Assembly (NCBI GenBank): GCA_013239625.1 | Contig: MU053557.1 | Location: 2,448,123 to 2,512,122 of the forward strand | Source: Lama guanicoe | Taxonomy: Eukaryota | Reading direction: 5' to 3' | DNA: 64,000 nt | Shown here: in pieces, positions 51,201 through 63,795 of the stretch | Layout of the letters: every line of letters starts with the position of its first letter | How positions within the stretch are numbered: the first letter of the stretch is position 1 | Translations under genes and position numbers: made by a program | The notes under the pieces: model-generated | The model's database searches: none | Seen by the model: only the letters and a program-made list of their open reading frames with translations | Told to the model about the DNA's origin: nothing

Positions 51201-54200
51201 GGAATATTTAGTGCCGGAGCTGGGAGGTGGGGGTAATATCTTGGATGTGATAATGCCGCTCGCTGCATCGGTGAACATGGTATTGATTGTAAGCTGTCAG
51301 CCTTTTTGCATGCTCTGCGAGGTCCCAGAAGGCTGACTGCTGCTGGGAGGGCAATGCATCAGGCAGGGATACATATGCTCTGGTAACTGGAGCTTCAGTC
51401 TGAGCTCGGTCGCTCGCTCTGATATGCGTCTTGGCTCACTGGCTCTCCGTTTTTTTCTTTTTCATTTCTTGACTCCTCTAAGCAGTCCTGTGATGCCGTA
51501 GACCAAACCTTCCTTAACTCACACTCCCAGGGGCACACTGCTCATCGTGTAAGCTCCCTAAGGGTTTCACGCCTGTGCCTGTCTTCCTCACTCATTTATT
51601 TGTTTATTCAACATACATTTATTAAGCACTTACTATGAGCCAGACCCTTCTCTATGCTTTGGGGAATAGAGAATGCCTTGGTCCTCGTGCAAGTTGGGGG
51701 GTCAGGAAAGGCCAATCTGAGGACCTGACAGTTGACCTGAGTTTCTCAGGATATATCCCCTGTGCCTGGACCATTCATATTTGCTATGTTACGGAAACTG
51801 TAATTATTCTGTTGAGTGGCTCATAGCCTAGCTATTGGAGATTCCGTGATGTGTGAACCTCACTGAGGCCATTCGTTGGTATTTTTCATATCACGCGTTA
51901 CTGTCCCTTGACCTTATGTCCCCTGGCTTCTGTTGGTCGCATTCCTGTTTTTTACCCATCCATCATAACAGAATATTGTAATTTTCTTAAGTACACCACG
52001 TGCCCCTTTGCCTTCACACATCTTGATGCCTGGAACACTCTTGGCCTCTTATCCTCTGGACAATGCATTTCCTACTTAACTTTCTGGTTTTACCTTAGGA
52101 ATCCCATCCTCTGGGGAGCTTGCAGTCTGGATGAGGTGGGGTTGCTCTGTATTTTCCTGGCACCTGAGATACCCATGAGGGCACACATCACGCTGTTTCT
52201 GAGCACTAGGAAAACAGGAGCAAGGAACCTTCATGGACTGCTTATTGTCAGGAATCTGCACAGAAATTTTAGGAGATAGGTATCATTTTTACCCTTATTT
52301 CATCAGTAAGGAAACTGAGACACAGGTTAATCTGTCAAGGGTCCTTCACCTTACAAGTAGTGGAGCTTAGCCTTCAATCCAGGCAAGCATCAGGGCTCTT
52401 AACCAAGATACTCTGTTAGCATTGCCTGGGAATTTGCCAGTATCTCCCATGACCCTGGAAGCCCAGTGAAGACAGGGACTGTCACCACGGCTTCCCCAGA
52501 CCCCCCTGGCACAGGGCTTGGCAGGTAGTGCATGGTCAGTTGTTCAGTGTGTGTTGAGTGAATGAATAAATGAGTGAATGAATGAATGGATAATGGCCAG
52601 CTGAGAGAATAGAATAGAATGCCAAAATACTGCTTTCCTTTGGCCAGTGAGACAGCCTCCTTCCCTCAGTTCTACTCCAGCCTCCCTGGGGTTCTCTTTG
52701 ATCTCCACAAAAATTTAGTGCTCTGGCTGGGAGGGACTGTAGCACTAGCCAGCCAGAGCAAGAATCACAGTGCTCGGGGCTGATCCCACTTCTCTGTGGT
52801 CTCTAGGTGTCTGCACACGGATGAGTTCAGGAGAAAGGCTCTGTCCACACTCATTCAGACCCAGTGCAGCAAACCAAGTGACTGGGGTTGCAACTGGGAG
52901 TTCTGAGATGGGTGGACAGGAGGGGCTCTGCTGGGAGCCTTCCATCCAAGAGACACAGGGGGACTTTTCAGGGAACTGGGGGTAGGGGGTGGACTGGGAG
53001 TCTTGGCAGTCACTATACCCCTGTTCCTGGCCCTGCAGGAATCATTGTTTTGACAGCATCCGAGGCAGGAATCAGCAGAGACAGCATATCACCTTGGTTC
53101 TGCCACCAGCAGTTTAACCAATGGGGCGTGGAAGTTAAACAGTAATAATAAGGTCAGAGTCAGCGGTTGGAGACCTCTGTGAGCCACTTGACTTTACTCT
53201 CTGCTTTGGTGACAGACCAAATTTGTTTTCCTGGTCAGCTGTCAGACAATATTTGGCCGCAGAGAGATGGTCTGTGAGTGTTCTCACTCATGAAGAAGGA
53301 AAAAAGAGGACAAGGTAGCTGTGCATTACCTTGAAAGAGGTGCCAGCTCTAGATCAGGGCAGATGTAGATGAAACCTCTGGCTGTGTCTCGGTGACTGTG
53401 TCACTTAACCCTTTGAGTCTTTGATCACCTGTAACAATGGAATAATGTATTTAGCCACCAGGCGATGGTAAGGATATAAAAAAGTGCCTAGCCCAATGTC
53501 TGCTGCAAAATGTGTCCTTAACTATTGGTTTCCTTTTCTTCCTTCTATCTGTTACACATTTAAATTCAGTACTTGGATATGGGGCTTAATAAATATTTAG
53601 TATTGGATGAATGAAAGAAAGCAGGGGTAGGCTGGTTCTGGCAAGTGGGAAACGTATTTGAAACACAGGCTTCTTGCTCTTCTGCCATCTCCATCCTTCC
53701 TGCAGTGCGTCATTCATGTTCTTCTCTACGTGAATGCATATCATGCTTTGTTTGTTGTGTGAACTGCAATAAAACCCTTAGATGTCACTTATCCTGAAAA
53801 CCTTTTTCTTAGCAGTCCTCATTCATGAGCCGCTTCCTTCTCTGTACTAGTTCTGCATTTGGTACACACCTCGTTGTACTGTGAATGCTTGTTTACAGCA
53901 TCCACGCTGCTCCTGTACGGCTGCCATCTCCTAGGGGGCGGGGGCCGGGGGCTCACACACCTCGGGCACTCTACGCCCTGCCTGGGGCCTGGCTGCCCGG
54001 CGCGTACCAGGCACTCAGTAGGTGTTTAATGTCGATGAGCTTACGGGTCATCACTGGAACCTGTTTGTTTTCTAGTGGGTGACTTCCATCTGTATCTATA
54101 ATAGGAGATGGAGAGAGAGGGTAAGAACTTTGACCAGAATGTCTGGCTCTGTCCCTTCTGAGCTATATAAAGTTAGTCAAGTTATATCCTGTGTTTCCTT

Positions 54201-57200
54201 ATGTGTAAAGTCGGAACCGTAACAGCATGTGCCTCTAGAGTTTTTGTTTTGGGGGGGAGAATGGTAAATGAATTGAATGCATGTGAGATTTGTAGCACAA
54301 AACCTTGCCCACAGTAAGCACTCAGGAAATGTGAGGTACTGTCATATATTAGAACCAGTATTTTAAGAACTCTGGCTGTAGTGTCTGATTCCATGAGTTG
54401 GAGTCCTGGCTGCATCATTTACTGGCTGTCTGCCTTTGGCTATGTTGAAAACTTGAGTCGATTTGTTCATTTGCAAAGTGGGAATAACACTGGCATTGAT
54501 CTCATGGGGTCAAGGGAAGACGCTGATCGCTCACACGTCCTCAGTGATGGTTGCTGCTGTTGTCTGCGGTCCTTTAGACTTACCACATTGGTTGTAAGTA
54601 AATGAATGTCTTGTGTCTCTCCTGATCACCCCTGAGTGAGGACAGATGGCTCTCTCGCCATTTTCTCGGCAACATGGCTGAGCAGGCGCCGAGTGGCGGG
54701 CCGAAGTTCCCCTGTTACTTAGCAGCAGAGCCAGGAGTAGGACCGGGATTTCCAGTCTCCTGGGTCTGTGTTTCCATTGACTGGGCAAGTCATCCCCAGG
54801 GAAACCGAGACTTGACTTAGAAGTCCAGAGAGAAGGGGTGGTTAAGGTGTGGCAGAGGCACAGAGTCAGGCTGCAGTGTGGATGTGTCTCAGGGGTGCCT
54901 CGAGGGAACTGCTGTGTCTTGGGGGGTATTTTTTAAAACACGCCAGCCTTATCTATACATAGCCCTAATGGAAGGGGACAAATTGGGAAGGGTTCTTTCA
55001 TTCAGACTGTGGATTCTAGTGTACCCCCAAAGCATTGGTGGTGGGCCTCCTAAGGCCTGCTTGAGCCCTGCAGGCAGGCAGCAGAGGGGCTGAAAAAAGA
55101 ATGGGGCCCAGGGTGGGGGGCAGGTAGGAAGGAAGCTTTAGGTAGTTACTCTGCAGGTTTGAAGAAAGAGAAATGGTCCCATGTTGTCGGCGATTGAGCA
55201 TTTGAGGGTCTAAATTTTATTATAACTGGCCCTGGAGTGTGGAAAGGAAATGCACTGGATATCATCGGGTCAGTGAGCTGAAAGAACTTCAGCTGCATCT
55301 TTGTGCCACCCGACAGTTGTTCCGCCTTCCACGTGCTGGTTGCCTAATGCATGTTGATATGGTTGAGCTAATTACAAGGCCAGTGAGAGGTTTAGAGACT
55401 TTTTTCCACCAATAGAAGAGTAAAGGCAGGAGCCAGACACTAAGGAATTATGAAGCCAGTTGGCTCCTACCGCCCATTCAGCTCTGTACCTCCCAGTGCT
55501 TCGTGCTGCCTGGTGTCTTCCTTCTGTTTCCAACTCATCTTCCTCCTCTGGATGAGGAAGCATGGCTGCCTGCCGGAGTCCAGCTTTCAAACCGCTTGTT
55601 GAAATGTCAGGAACGGACTCTTGCCTTGGGATGAGCTTCACCACAGCTCGAGAAGCTGCGAGTCCTGTCTGCAGAAGTTGGCTGACATCCTTCAGTGTAA
55701 CCTGATGGCTCCGACCATGCTGCAGGCCTTGCGGGATAAAGTTACGGTAGAGCAGGGTTCTGAGAGCCCAGCCAAGTGTTGACAAGGTGGCAAGTCAGCT
55801 TTCAAGTAGCTTTGAGTGTCAGCTGGAGAAGGGACTGGCTTCTAGGTGCCACCCGCTGAGAAAATCACCAGCCCTGGGGCCGAAGGAGAGCGCAGCTGTA
55901 AACACCTGCTTACATGTCTGGCTCAGAGCAGGGCACGGTTGAAGCGTGTGGGAGGGGTTGGTGTCTGGTGTTTCCGTTGAAGAGGTTTGGATGTTTTGCT
56001 CTCAGGCATCCTTTGGGGTGAAGGGGAGGATGGCAGCCCTCTGCTCTTAGCGCCAAAAGCTTTTGCAAATTCTTCCCACTGTCTGGATCTCAGACTGCAC
56101 ATCTACGTGCTGAGGCTGTTGGATTTGTGTAAGGGCCTTGAAATGGAGGCCGTGGATAGGCTGTAGGGGCCTGTGAGCCCTTGAAAGCCATGCCCGAAAC
56201 CGTTTACGTCTGTGCCCTGGGAACACCCTGGACTCCAGTGTGTGCAGAACCATTGTCCATGGAGAGTCTCCAGTGCCTCCAAAGGCTAAAATGTTCTGTG
56301 GGATCAGTGACTCGGTGTCCCGAAGTTTGGTAAGCATGCGCCCTGGGCACCACAAAATGACTGTAGGTGGGGCATGAGTGCATGTTTGTTACGTTAATGG
56401 CTATGTGATTATCTTAATGTTACAACAAAACATTGAAAGTGACATTTCAAGAATATTCTTTCTTTGGAGGATGCTCAGTCTTGCTTTTAAGAAAGGTGAG
56501 TTAAATGTGAAATTAGTAGCAGTACAGAGGTGGGTTGATGCTTAAGTTCAGGCAACAGTGATGTGTCCCAATGGTCACCTGGTACAGTCACAGGAGTGGA
56601 ATCTCAAAGAAGAGATGAGGCTGTGAGGAAGGTGATAGGAAACTCAGGACAGTAACCCACTGGTTCTTCTGCCTATCCCGAGCTCCCCATTCTCTGAGTT
56701 GGAGAAGCTTCTGATGCTCTCAGGTCTCCTCCAAGAACATGGTTCCCCACAGGCCAGGAATCCTGCCCGAAGAGTTTTCACCGGGGCTTCCATTGCAGGG
56801 AAGATGAACATGGAGAAGAAAGGCATATCTTAACCCAGGTGAGCCTTCAATTTTGAGATGTGCTTTTTCATTGAGCCACATCTTACAAAATTGTGCTCAC
56901 TTAAGTGGATAGTTATTTCCTTGCCCAAGAGCTTTTATGAAATGTATAGTTGCTTAGAATTGAAATATGGTTCTTACACTGTTTCTTCTCTTCCAAAACA
57001 AACTACACTTGAAAGTTGGGACTTATAATAAATATACAACGCCAAAGAAAATCTCTCTTGAAAAGGAAAGCTCTCATCTCAAGCCATTTCCTATTCACAA
57101 ATGGAAGTCAGAGAAAATGAGTCACCAGGACAGAAATGGAGACATAGGGCCCAGGCCCGGCTTTGAGTACCTCCTCCCTGAGCCTCTGCTTCACATTTCT

Positions 57201-58084
57201 ACGTCCTCCGAGTTCATTTAGTCTCCTTCCCAGAGGTGTGCTGCAGAGAACCTCCTGGGGGTTACATGTCCGAACCCTTATCTCGGGGGAAGGATGGCCC
57301 GGCCCCTACAGGTGGAAGCAGCCGTCACTTCAGCGTCGGTGCCTGGGACCCCCGGACTCTGTTTCTGTAGGAGGAGAGCCCGCAGAGGGTGAGCTCAGGG
57401 GGAGTTAGGAGCATTTGGTGAGACGGTACAAAGCAGCATTTTTTTAACTGGCCATTTTCGTTCTTGCCACAGTGGAGACAGATGGATTGTTACTTTTGGT
57501 TACGAAGCCCAAGAAGCGGTTGCGGGGCTGGGGGGGGCACTGCTTCGGAGGCACACCCAGAAAGAGCAGACCTGCCGTTCCTGGGGAGTCAGGGGTGCTG
57601 CCTCGGCCTCCCACTTTGCTGCTGCGTTTAGAATGCCAGGTGATAAACAACCAGGGCTCGGCCTTCAGCAGTCACTGGAATAAACAGGCTGGAAAAGGTT
57701 GACGGGAAAAAGCCAAGGAACGTGTAAGAGGAGCCATTTAAAATGATAAAAAGCAAGAGCTGATGGAATCTGGCCTCACATGGCCTTGCCAAGCCGACTC
57801 TGAGAAGCCCTGTGCAGAAAGTGTTTTCTTTACATCCCCTGAAGCATTCATGGTGTTTCTTAGCCAGATTCTCAGGCTGTTTCTATGGCACTTAGAAAAA
57901 AAAAAATGGCTGGGTTGGTGTGGCCTGTCCCTTCCCACACGGCATCCTCGTTACAGCCTTGTGAATCAATCTCTGGCTCAAAGAAAATTGTTCGAAAGAA
58001 AATGGAAAACAGGAAGGAAAAAAAAGACTGTAGGGGCAGGAGATGCTGAGTGGTTCTGACTTTTCACAAAACAAGAATTTCTCT

Positions 58085-58533
58085 AAGAGTAGATAGAGTA
58101 AACAGTGTTTATTTTTTGTTGAATTTTTTTCAATCAAACGGAATTGCTTAATTAAAAAAAAACTTACCTCTTTTCTCTTTAAATACTACAGACAACCTCA
58201 TTTTATCTCAGCAGACATCTAGAAACAAAACACTGGACCCACCAGAGGAAAACGGGGCAATAAAAGCATCAGAAATTCAAGTCAACTATGGAAGAATTAC
58301 TGTTAGCTGGCAGCTGTCAAATCTAAACAGAAGTGTCCCAGAACCTATCAGGTTTGGCAGAAGTGTTTCAGTACCGGGGATCTGGGAAAGTTGGACTCCA
58401 CTGAATTCTATTCCAATTGCTTCCTGCTTAGGGAAATTAAAGTCGATGCATCAAATGAACACCCAAAGAAACATTTAAAAACGTATTTGACTAGTATTCA
58501 GTATGTGAGATGATTAAGTAATAACTTGTCCTC
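58085..58533 (-). other. PPP2R2B: PPP2R2B proximal 3' UTR (end approximate)
   Basis: Non-repetitive AU-rich sequence between the stop codon and the first AATAAA on the minus strand. Longer UTR isoforms cannot be excluded. Confidence 0.65.
58108..58113 (-). terminator. Polyadenylation signal AATAAA of PPP2R2B
   Basis: Plus-strand tttatt = AATAAA on minus, ~420 nt after the stop. A GU/U-rich element (ttcttgttttgtg) follows ~30-40 nt further downstream on minus. Confidence 0.7.
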
Positions 58534-58813
58534 CTAGTTAACCTTGTCCTGGAATATATATAGATTATTTGTAGCCGCCACTGCTATAATGTTTTCTGAA
58601 GGATGCCAGGCTGTGTGCAAGATCTTTTTGCTAAAGTCCAGACTGTCGACACTGATCTCGTCTTTTCTCCGCTTGCCTCCCACGCACACTTTGCGCGGCT
58701 TCAGGATAGCCCGGGGTTTGCTGTTTTCCCTCGAGGCCTCGAGAGTAACGTCACGCTTGGTGTTTCGGTCAAACATCCTGAAGAAGTTGTTGTAGGAGCC
58801 CGTCATGATGACA
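58534..58813 (-). CDS. PPP2R2B: PPP2R2B terminal coding exon (PP2A 55 kDa regulatory subunit B beta, C-terminal WD40 blades)
   Basis: Translates (S)[92 protein letters not shown], the B55-beta C-terminus. Minus-strand acceptor is ttcctctctgcctgcAG|TGTC (AG at 58815-58814), with TAG stop at 58536-58534. 280 nt = 1 + 93 codons, which matches the phase of the upstream exon. Confidence 0.97.
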
Positions 58814-59709
58814 CTGCAGGCAGAGAGGAAACAGGGAGTGAGTGCGTGCGTGCTGTAGACAGAGGCAGGAGCACATCTCTGTCGTGACTTTGTATAGCAA
58901 ATCGCAGCATGCTGTGGCCAGCTTAGGGCACTGTACGTTCTGTTGAAAACAAACAAATCAAAAACTGCAGCAGGCATTGCAGTGTGACTGTTGAGTGTCT
59001 CTGGAGTCACTAAGAGCAGCAAGCTGTTTGGTTTGGAAATGAAGGACAGTGATAACCCTGGTTATTTATCAGTAGATTCCTTTTTGATTCTTTGGCTCCA
59101 TAAATAAGTCAGATGGTTTTAAGGATCTCAGCCCACCTGCCTCACCTCAGGATTCTGAGGCTGGAGGGAAGTTACGAGAGTAGGAACACTGAAGACAGCC
59201 ATCAGTGTATCGTGCATATTCACAGCAGGATTCTGTGCTAAGGTTTTCTCACATCAGCAACGCGGGAGGGGTGTCGACAGTACAGCATGTGCACCTGCCT
59301 GTGTTCTCCCCCTGCTAAGAACTAGCTTGAAATTTGGCTTTCTCTGAAAAGTTAGCTGAAAAAAATAGAGGCCGTCATGGTCTCACTCGGGAAGAGAGTA
59401 AACAAAAATTTTACCCCGGATCTCATTTCCTCTTCTATCATCCCATAGAAGGGGAAAGTGAGTGACTTGTCCAGTGTCACACGGCTAGCAAGTGGTTAAA
59501 ACGGGTCTCCAGCCCACATCTGCCAGAGTCCAGGGCACAAATATTCAGCCACTTGGCCTCACTGCGTCCCACGCACTGAACTTTGTTTCCCTCAACACGA
59601 CCCGAGTTGTTTTTAAAAACTAAGGGAGTCTTTTTTGGGGGAAAAAAAAAATCTCAACTTCATCTAGACCAAGAATAACATTTTCTTGGTTATTGGTTAT
59701 GGAAAGAAA

Positions 59710-59925
59710 TTGTAATGTTGTGGAAAGAATGGTGATTTTGGGATTCAGACTCAAACTTCTTCTAGTTGCTACTACTTACTAGTTTCTGAGCTTGGGCAGG
59801 TTACTTGACTGGGCTGAATCTCAGTTTCCTCAACTGTAAAATGGGGTTGATGAAACCAACCTTCTCAGATTGTGGTCAGGATTGAAAAACATGTGATGTG
59901 TGTGGAGTGCCTAGTAAGTAGTTTT
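59710..59925 (+). mobile_element. MIR SINE in the last PPP2R2B intron
   Basis: ctacttactagtttctgagcttgggcaggttacttgac...ctgaatctcagtttcctcaactgtaaaatgggg. Confidence 0.75.
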
Positions 59926-60921
59926 TGAATCTTAGTTAAGATAGATGGGAAACTGGAACAGTAAGAATCACAAATATAAAGAAAACCTATTAATTATAAA
60001 TCATGAATGAATGAATACATTACATATAAGTAAAAATAAATGAAGTAGTAGGGCCGGGGTAGCTTCTTCTCTCCTCTGGGGCCTTTGTTCACATGGCACA
60101 GTGGCTTTGCTGTCTGCCCTGTGCCCTCTCCCCCGCTGGGCGGTATGACACGGTGACCCCTTCCAGGCCTGTGAAGCTCATTTTGGATCATTAGCAGAGA
60201 CAGTGCAACAAGGGTCAGAGAGGGCCGGCTTGTGCTCAGTAAAAGCGCTGGTCTCCGAGTGCGTCGTCATGGTGGCATTTCCGGGTTTCCAGGCCCTCTC
60301 GCTGGTGCCGCTTTGGTCAAGGACCATCCCGTGGTGGTCGGTGCTTAGTTCTCCCGGAAGTCAAGAATCAGCTATGTGTGTTACATGAGGCAAAACTAGG
60401 GGGCGGTCATATGAAGTCCTGTTGAAATTAACATCCTTAAAACAGTGATACATCACGTGGAGGGCATGTGATATGTGAGGCCGGCTAGAATGCAGCTAGT
60501 GAGCCATCAGGGCCTTTGGCCAGCAGGTCTGTCCTGCCAGCTTCAAGGGGGTAATTCTCCATCTAGAACGCACGCTTTGCAGTAATCTGAACGCTTCACG
60601 CCGGAAAACGGCCCGTGGAGCTTCACTTCGACCTTTTGACCTAGTGCTGGGAATGTCCTGTGTGTAAAAGGTAGGACTTTTTGAGGGTAAATGGTCACCT
60701 GTGCTGGTCTTGAAAGAGGAGTCAAGGGTCTCAGAGATCCTTCCCTTCTTTCCAGGACTGACCTCAAGGGTCCTCCAGCGGCCCACGCCAGGCTACCTGC
60801 TGGCCCTGGAGGCCCAATTTTGATTTCTGTTTAGTTGCAGCCGGCTTAGGGTACACGGCCCAGGGCCAGCAAGGAGAGGGTGCACCTTTGGAAGGTTCCC
60901 AGCCACACAGACCTTTCTTAC

Positions 60922-61013
60922 CTGTCTGACCCATTCCACACACACTCAAATTTATCAAAAATGCAGTCATTTTCGTAGAGCGAGCACAGCTTGCTGCGGA
61001 GGTAGTCGTGCAC
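60922..61013 (-). CDS. PPP2R2B: PPP2R2B penultimate coding exon (92 nt)
   Basis: Minus strand reads ctttgtttccatccccaccAG|GTG CAC GAC TAC CTC CGC AGC AAG CTG TGC ... TCA GAC AG|GTaaga, i.e. [30 protein letters not shown] plus AG. The split codon AG|T = Ser joins the last exon in frame. Not shown in the ORF track. Confidence 0.97.
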
Positions 61014-61319
61014 CTGGTGGGGATGGAAACAAAGGAGATCAGTTGTTAAAAGTGGTTTCCCTGTGAGTAGCTTCTTTTTGGATGTGAACTGTTACTTATC
61101 TCAGTGCCAGTGTGCCTTGAATCAGATGGCCCTGGGTCTGAACCCAGGCATGGATGGCCCCTTCCAGTCGTGGTACAGAAAGATGGGGTAGTGAGCTGCA
61201 CACCTGGCTAGTGTGGATTAAACAGGCTTGTTGACGTAGATGGTGGCATAGAGTAGGGTCCATTAAGTGGGAGATGCCTATTCTCTAAGCTGACCTGCGT
61301 ACAGGCGCTAGAGGACACC

Positions 61320-61980
61320 ATTCGTGCACTTTTATTCGACCATGCTGTGTACTTGAGATAGAGCAGTGAGCAGAAAACCCTTGGGGTGCTCCTCTCCTTG
61401 GGGTGTGGGGGAGGAGACTGTATAACCAAGTAAATAAGTGAGATATTTCAGATGGCGATAAAATCAGAGGGAAAAAAAAACATGGAAAAAAGGATTGGGA
61501 GACCTGGGGGTATAGTTTATACCAGAGGGGGTAGTCAAGGGTTCACCTGATAAAGGAGCATTGGAGCAGAAGCCTGAAGGAAATGAAGGCCCCTCAGTGG
61601 CCTTGGGGGGAGGCTTTCCCAGCACAGGGAATGGCACGTGTCCTGGGGGTAGTGGGGAGGAGCCGCTGCAGGAGTGGGGTGCGGGGGCCTCAGCGTGTGC
61701 TGACCAGTTCACACTGGTCCCTCATTCTGTGTAACGTCCTGAGATCGCTGAGCCTGCTATGCTGTGACAGAGGGTGCGAGTGCAGGGCCGCAGGCAGGGA
61801 GGGCAGTCGTAACCAGGGAGACAGCAGGCGGGGGGAGGTGGTCATATTCTTGACATATTTGAAAGGAGAGCCGAGAGGGCTTGTGGGTGGAGCAACTGTG
61901 AAGCGTGGAGAGGAAACGGGAGTCAAAGATGGCTCCTGGGTCTCTCTTGAGCAAGTGGGAGGATGGAGTTTGCATGTTCC
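61320..61980 (-). mobile_element. L2 remnant (intronic)
   Basis: gagatagagcagtgagcagaa...gagcagaagcctgaaggaaatgaagg...acatatttgaaaggagagcc...ggagtcaaagatggctcctggg. Confidence 0.7.
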
Positions 61981-62203
61981 TCTTGGGGCTTGATAACTTG
62001 GACATGTCTCCGCGGGGGGCGCTTGTCCCATAGACGCGGGTGTGGCTGGCACGGCCCTGGGGTTTGCGGGTCTCCCCTGTCTGTTTCCTTGAAATAGGAA
62101 GCAAGGTAATCAGCTGAGAGTGAGGAGTCGGGGGAATGGCTGGGGAACAGTGCAGGATTTTTGGAAGGCACCAACGGCTGCTTGACATTGTTGGATGTGA
62201 ATT

Positions 62204-62543
62204 GTATTTTTTATTAAAAATTTTTTTAAGTTGAAGTATAGTTGTTTTATGTTAGTCTCTGGTGTACAGCAGTGTGATTCAGTCATAAGTACATATATAC
62301 ACACCTATGTTCTTTTTTATTATAGGTTATTATAAAATATTGAATACAGTTCCCTGTGCTGTACAGTAGGACCTTGTTACCTCTATTACATAAAGTAGTT
62401 TGTATCTGCTAATCCCAAACTCCTAATTTATCCCGCCTTCCCTCTGCTTTCCTTTTTGGTAACCATAAGTTTGTTCTCTGTTTGTGAATCGGTTTTGTAA
62501 ATAAGTTCATTAGTCACATTTTTTTTCTAGAAATGAGACAAAA
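62204..62543 (-). mobile_element. Short LINE-1 3' UTR insertion in a PPP2R2B intron
   Basis: ttaagttgaagtatagttg...aatacagttccctgtgctgtacagtaggacc...; TSD ggatgtgaatt at 62193-62203 and 62544-62554. Confidence 0.88.
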
Positions 62544-63624
62544 GGATGTGAATTTTAAATGAAACTGGTCAGCATATTTGGGTATCTTTCTCTAGCTACA
62601 TTCAGCAACTCAGGTGAAGATGGCAAATAGGCAGATGGTTAAGGCTCAGAGTAGTATATAGGGTTCAGTTTCCAGTTCCTGGACTTGCCGGTAGGGACTG
62701 GTAATTATTCTAGGTAGAAATAGTGAGTAGCCATGTGCTTTATCCATAAAGTCTCATTTCTTGTCTAAACTCATCTCACTGTGTCGCTATTGCCCTTCCC
62801 TTCACTTCAGCGGAGCATGAAGTACAGGGTGACATCACATAGGAAAGAGAGCAGGGTGGCCACGAGCCTCGAGATCTGGGGCACAGCCTCTTGCCGTCTC
62901 TGGTAATCTGCCTCCCCCTTGCCCCGCCTCATCGGCCTCACCTGCCTCACCTTACGTGGAGTCTCGGTCCTAGACGGGAGCTGTGAGAATGAACTGCAGT
63001 GAGGCCCAGAGGGAGGTGGAATTGTGTGAAGGCAGAGGGACGTTGTGAAAAACCACTGTTTGACTTTGGGTGGAGAGCAGGGGTTCAGTGTCCGCCGTCC
63101 TGCAGCCCAGGCTCCTCTCCTCCCTGCCCCCCAGGGTTCTGCTGGATGCTGAGCTCAGAGGCTCAGCTGTGGGCTTAGGACTGCATGAAGAAAGGAGGTC
63201 AGATTCATTCCATGTTGCATTAGATGTTTGGGGTATTTGAAAAGCTCTGAGTTATTTGGACAGTGTAAGTATTTCTAACTCTGCAAATTAATTACTTCCA
63301 TGTTCATTTTCCCAAACAGCGCTGGGCCTCATCAGGGTACCTGCTCAGTGCTACGGCGGCAGGGAAGCCCAGCGGGCTCCTGGCACTGGAGGCAGGAAGC
63401 ACGGAGCAAGGGTGAGGCATGTGCCCTGAGCTCGGGAACGAGGCTGTAGACTGTTTCTGAACTTGTGTTCCTCTCCTGCCACAGTCTGGGCGTATTGGAA
63501 GTGGCTCGGATCTGAGACTTTTGTTTACAGGGCTACCTCCGCTTGTTGAAGATCTCCAATCAGCATTAAGAATCCTTGAACAAAGCCGAACAGAGATAGT
63601 CCTAGGACAGAGAGAGGACTGAGT

Positions 63625-63795
63625 CTGTGCTGACAAATTCCTGTCAGGAGCCAGGTAGTAAATACTTACACCTCGTGGACCACACAGCCTCAGTGTAACT
63701 GCCCCACTCTGCCCTTGTAGGGGGAAAGCAGCCACACTGTGTGTACAGCTGAGTGGGAGCTGTGTGCCCGTAAAAATAAAAAATGGGGACTGGGG
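63625..63795. mobile_element. MER58-like MITE, truncated at right
   Basis: caaattcctgtcaggagccaggtagtaaata...actctgcccttgtag...aaagcagcca...gctgtgtgcccgtaaaa; ends abruptly where the duplicated segment begins. Confidence 0.6.

Noticed and set aside
58544..58887. Plus-strand ORFs (83 and 94 aa) overlapping the PPP2R2B exon
   Set aside because: Antisense shadows of a real coding exon, with no independent support.
58814..59022. N-terminal 69 aa of the 162-aa ORF 58534..59022
   Set aside because: This is an intronic open frame upstream of a canonical acceptor. The real upstream exon is 60922-61013.
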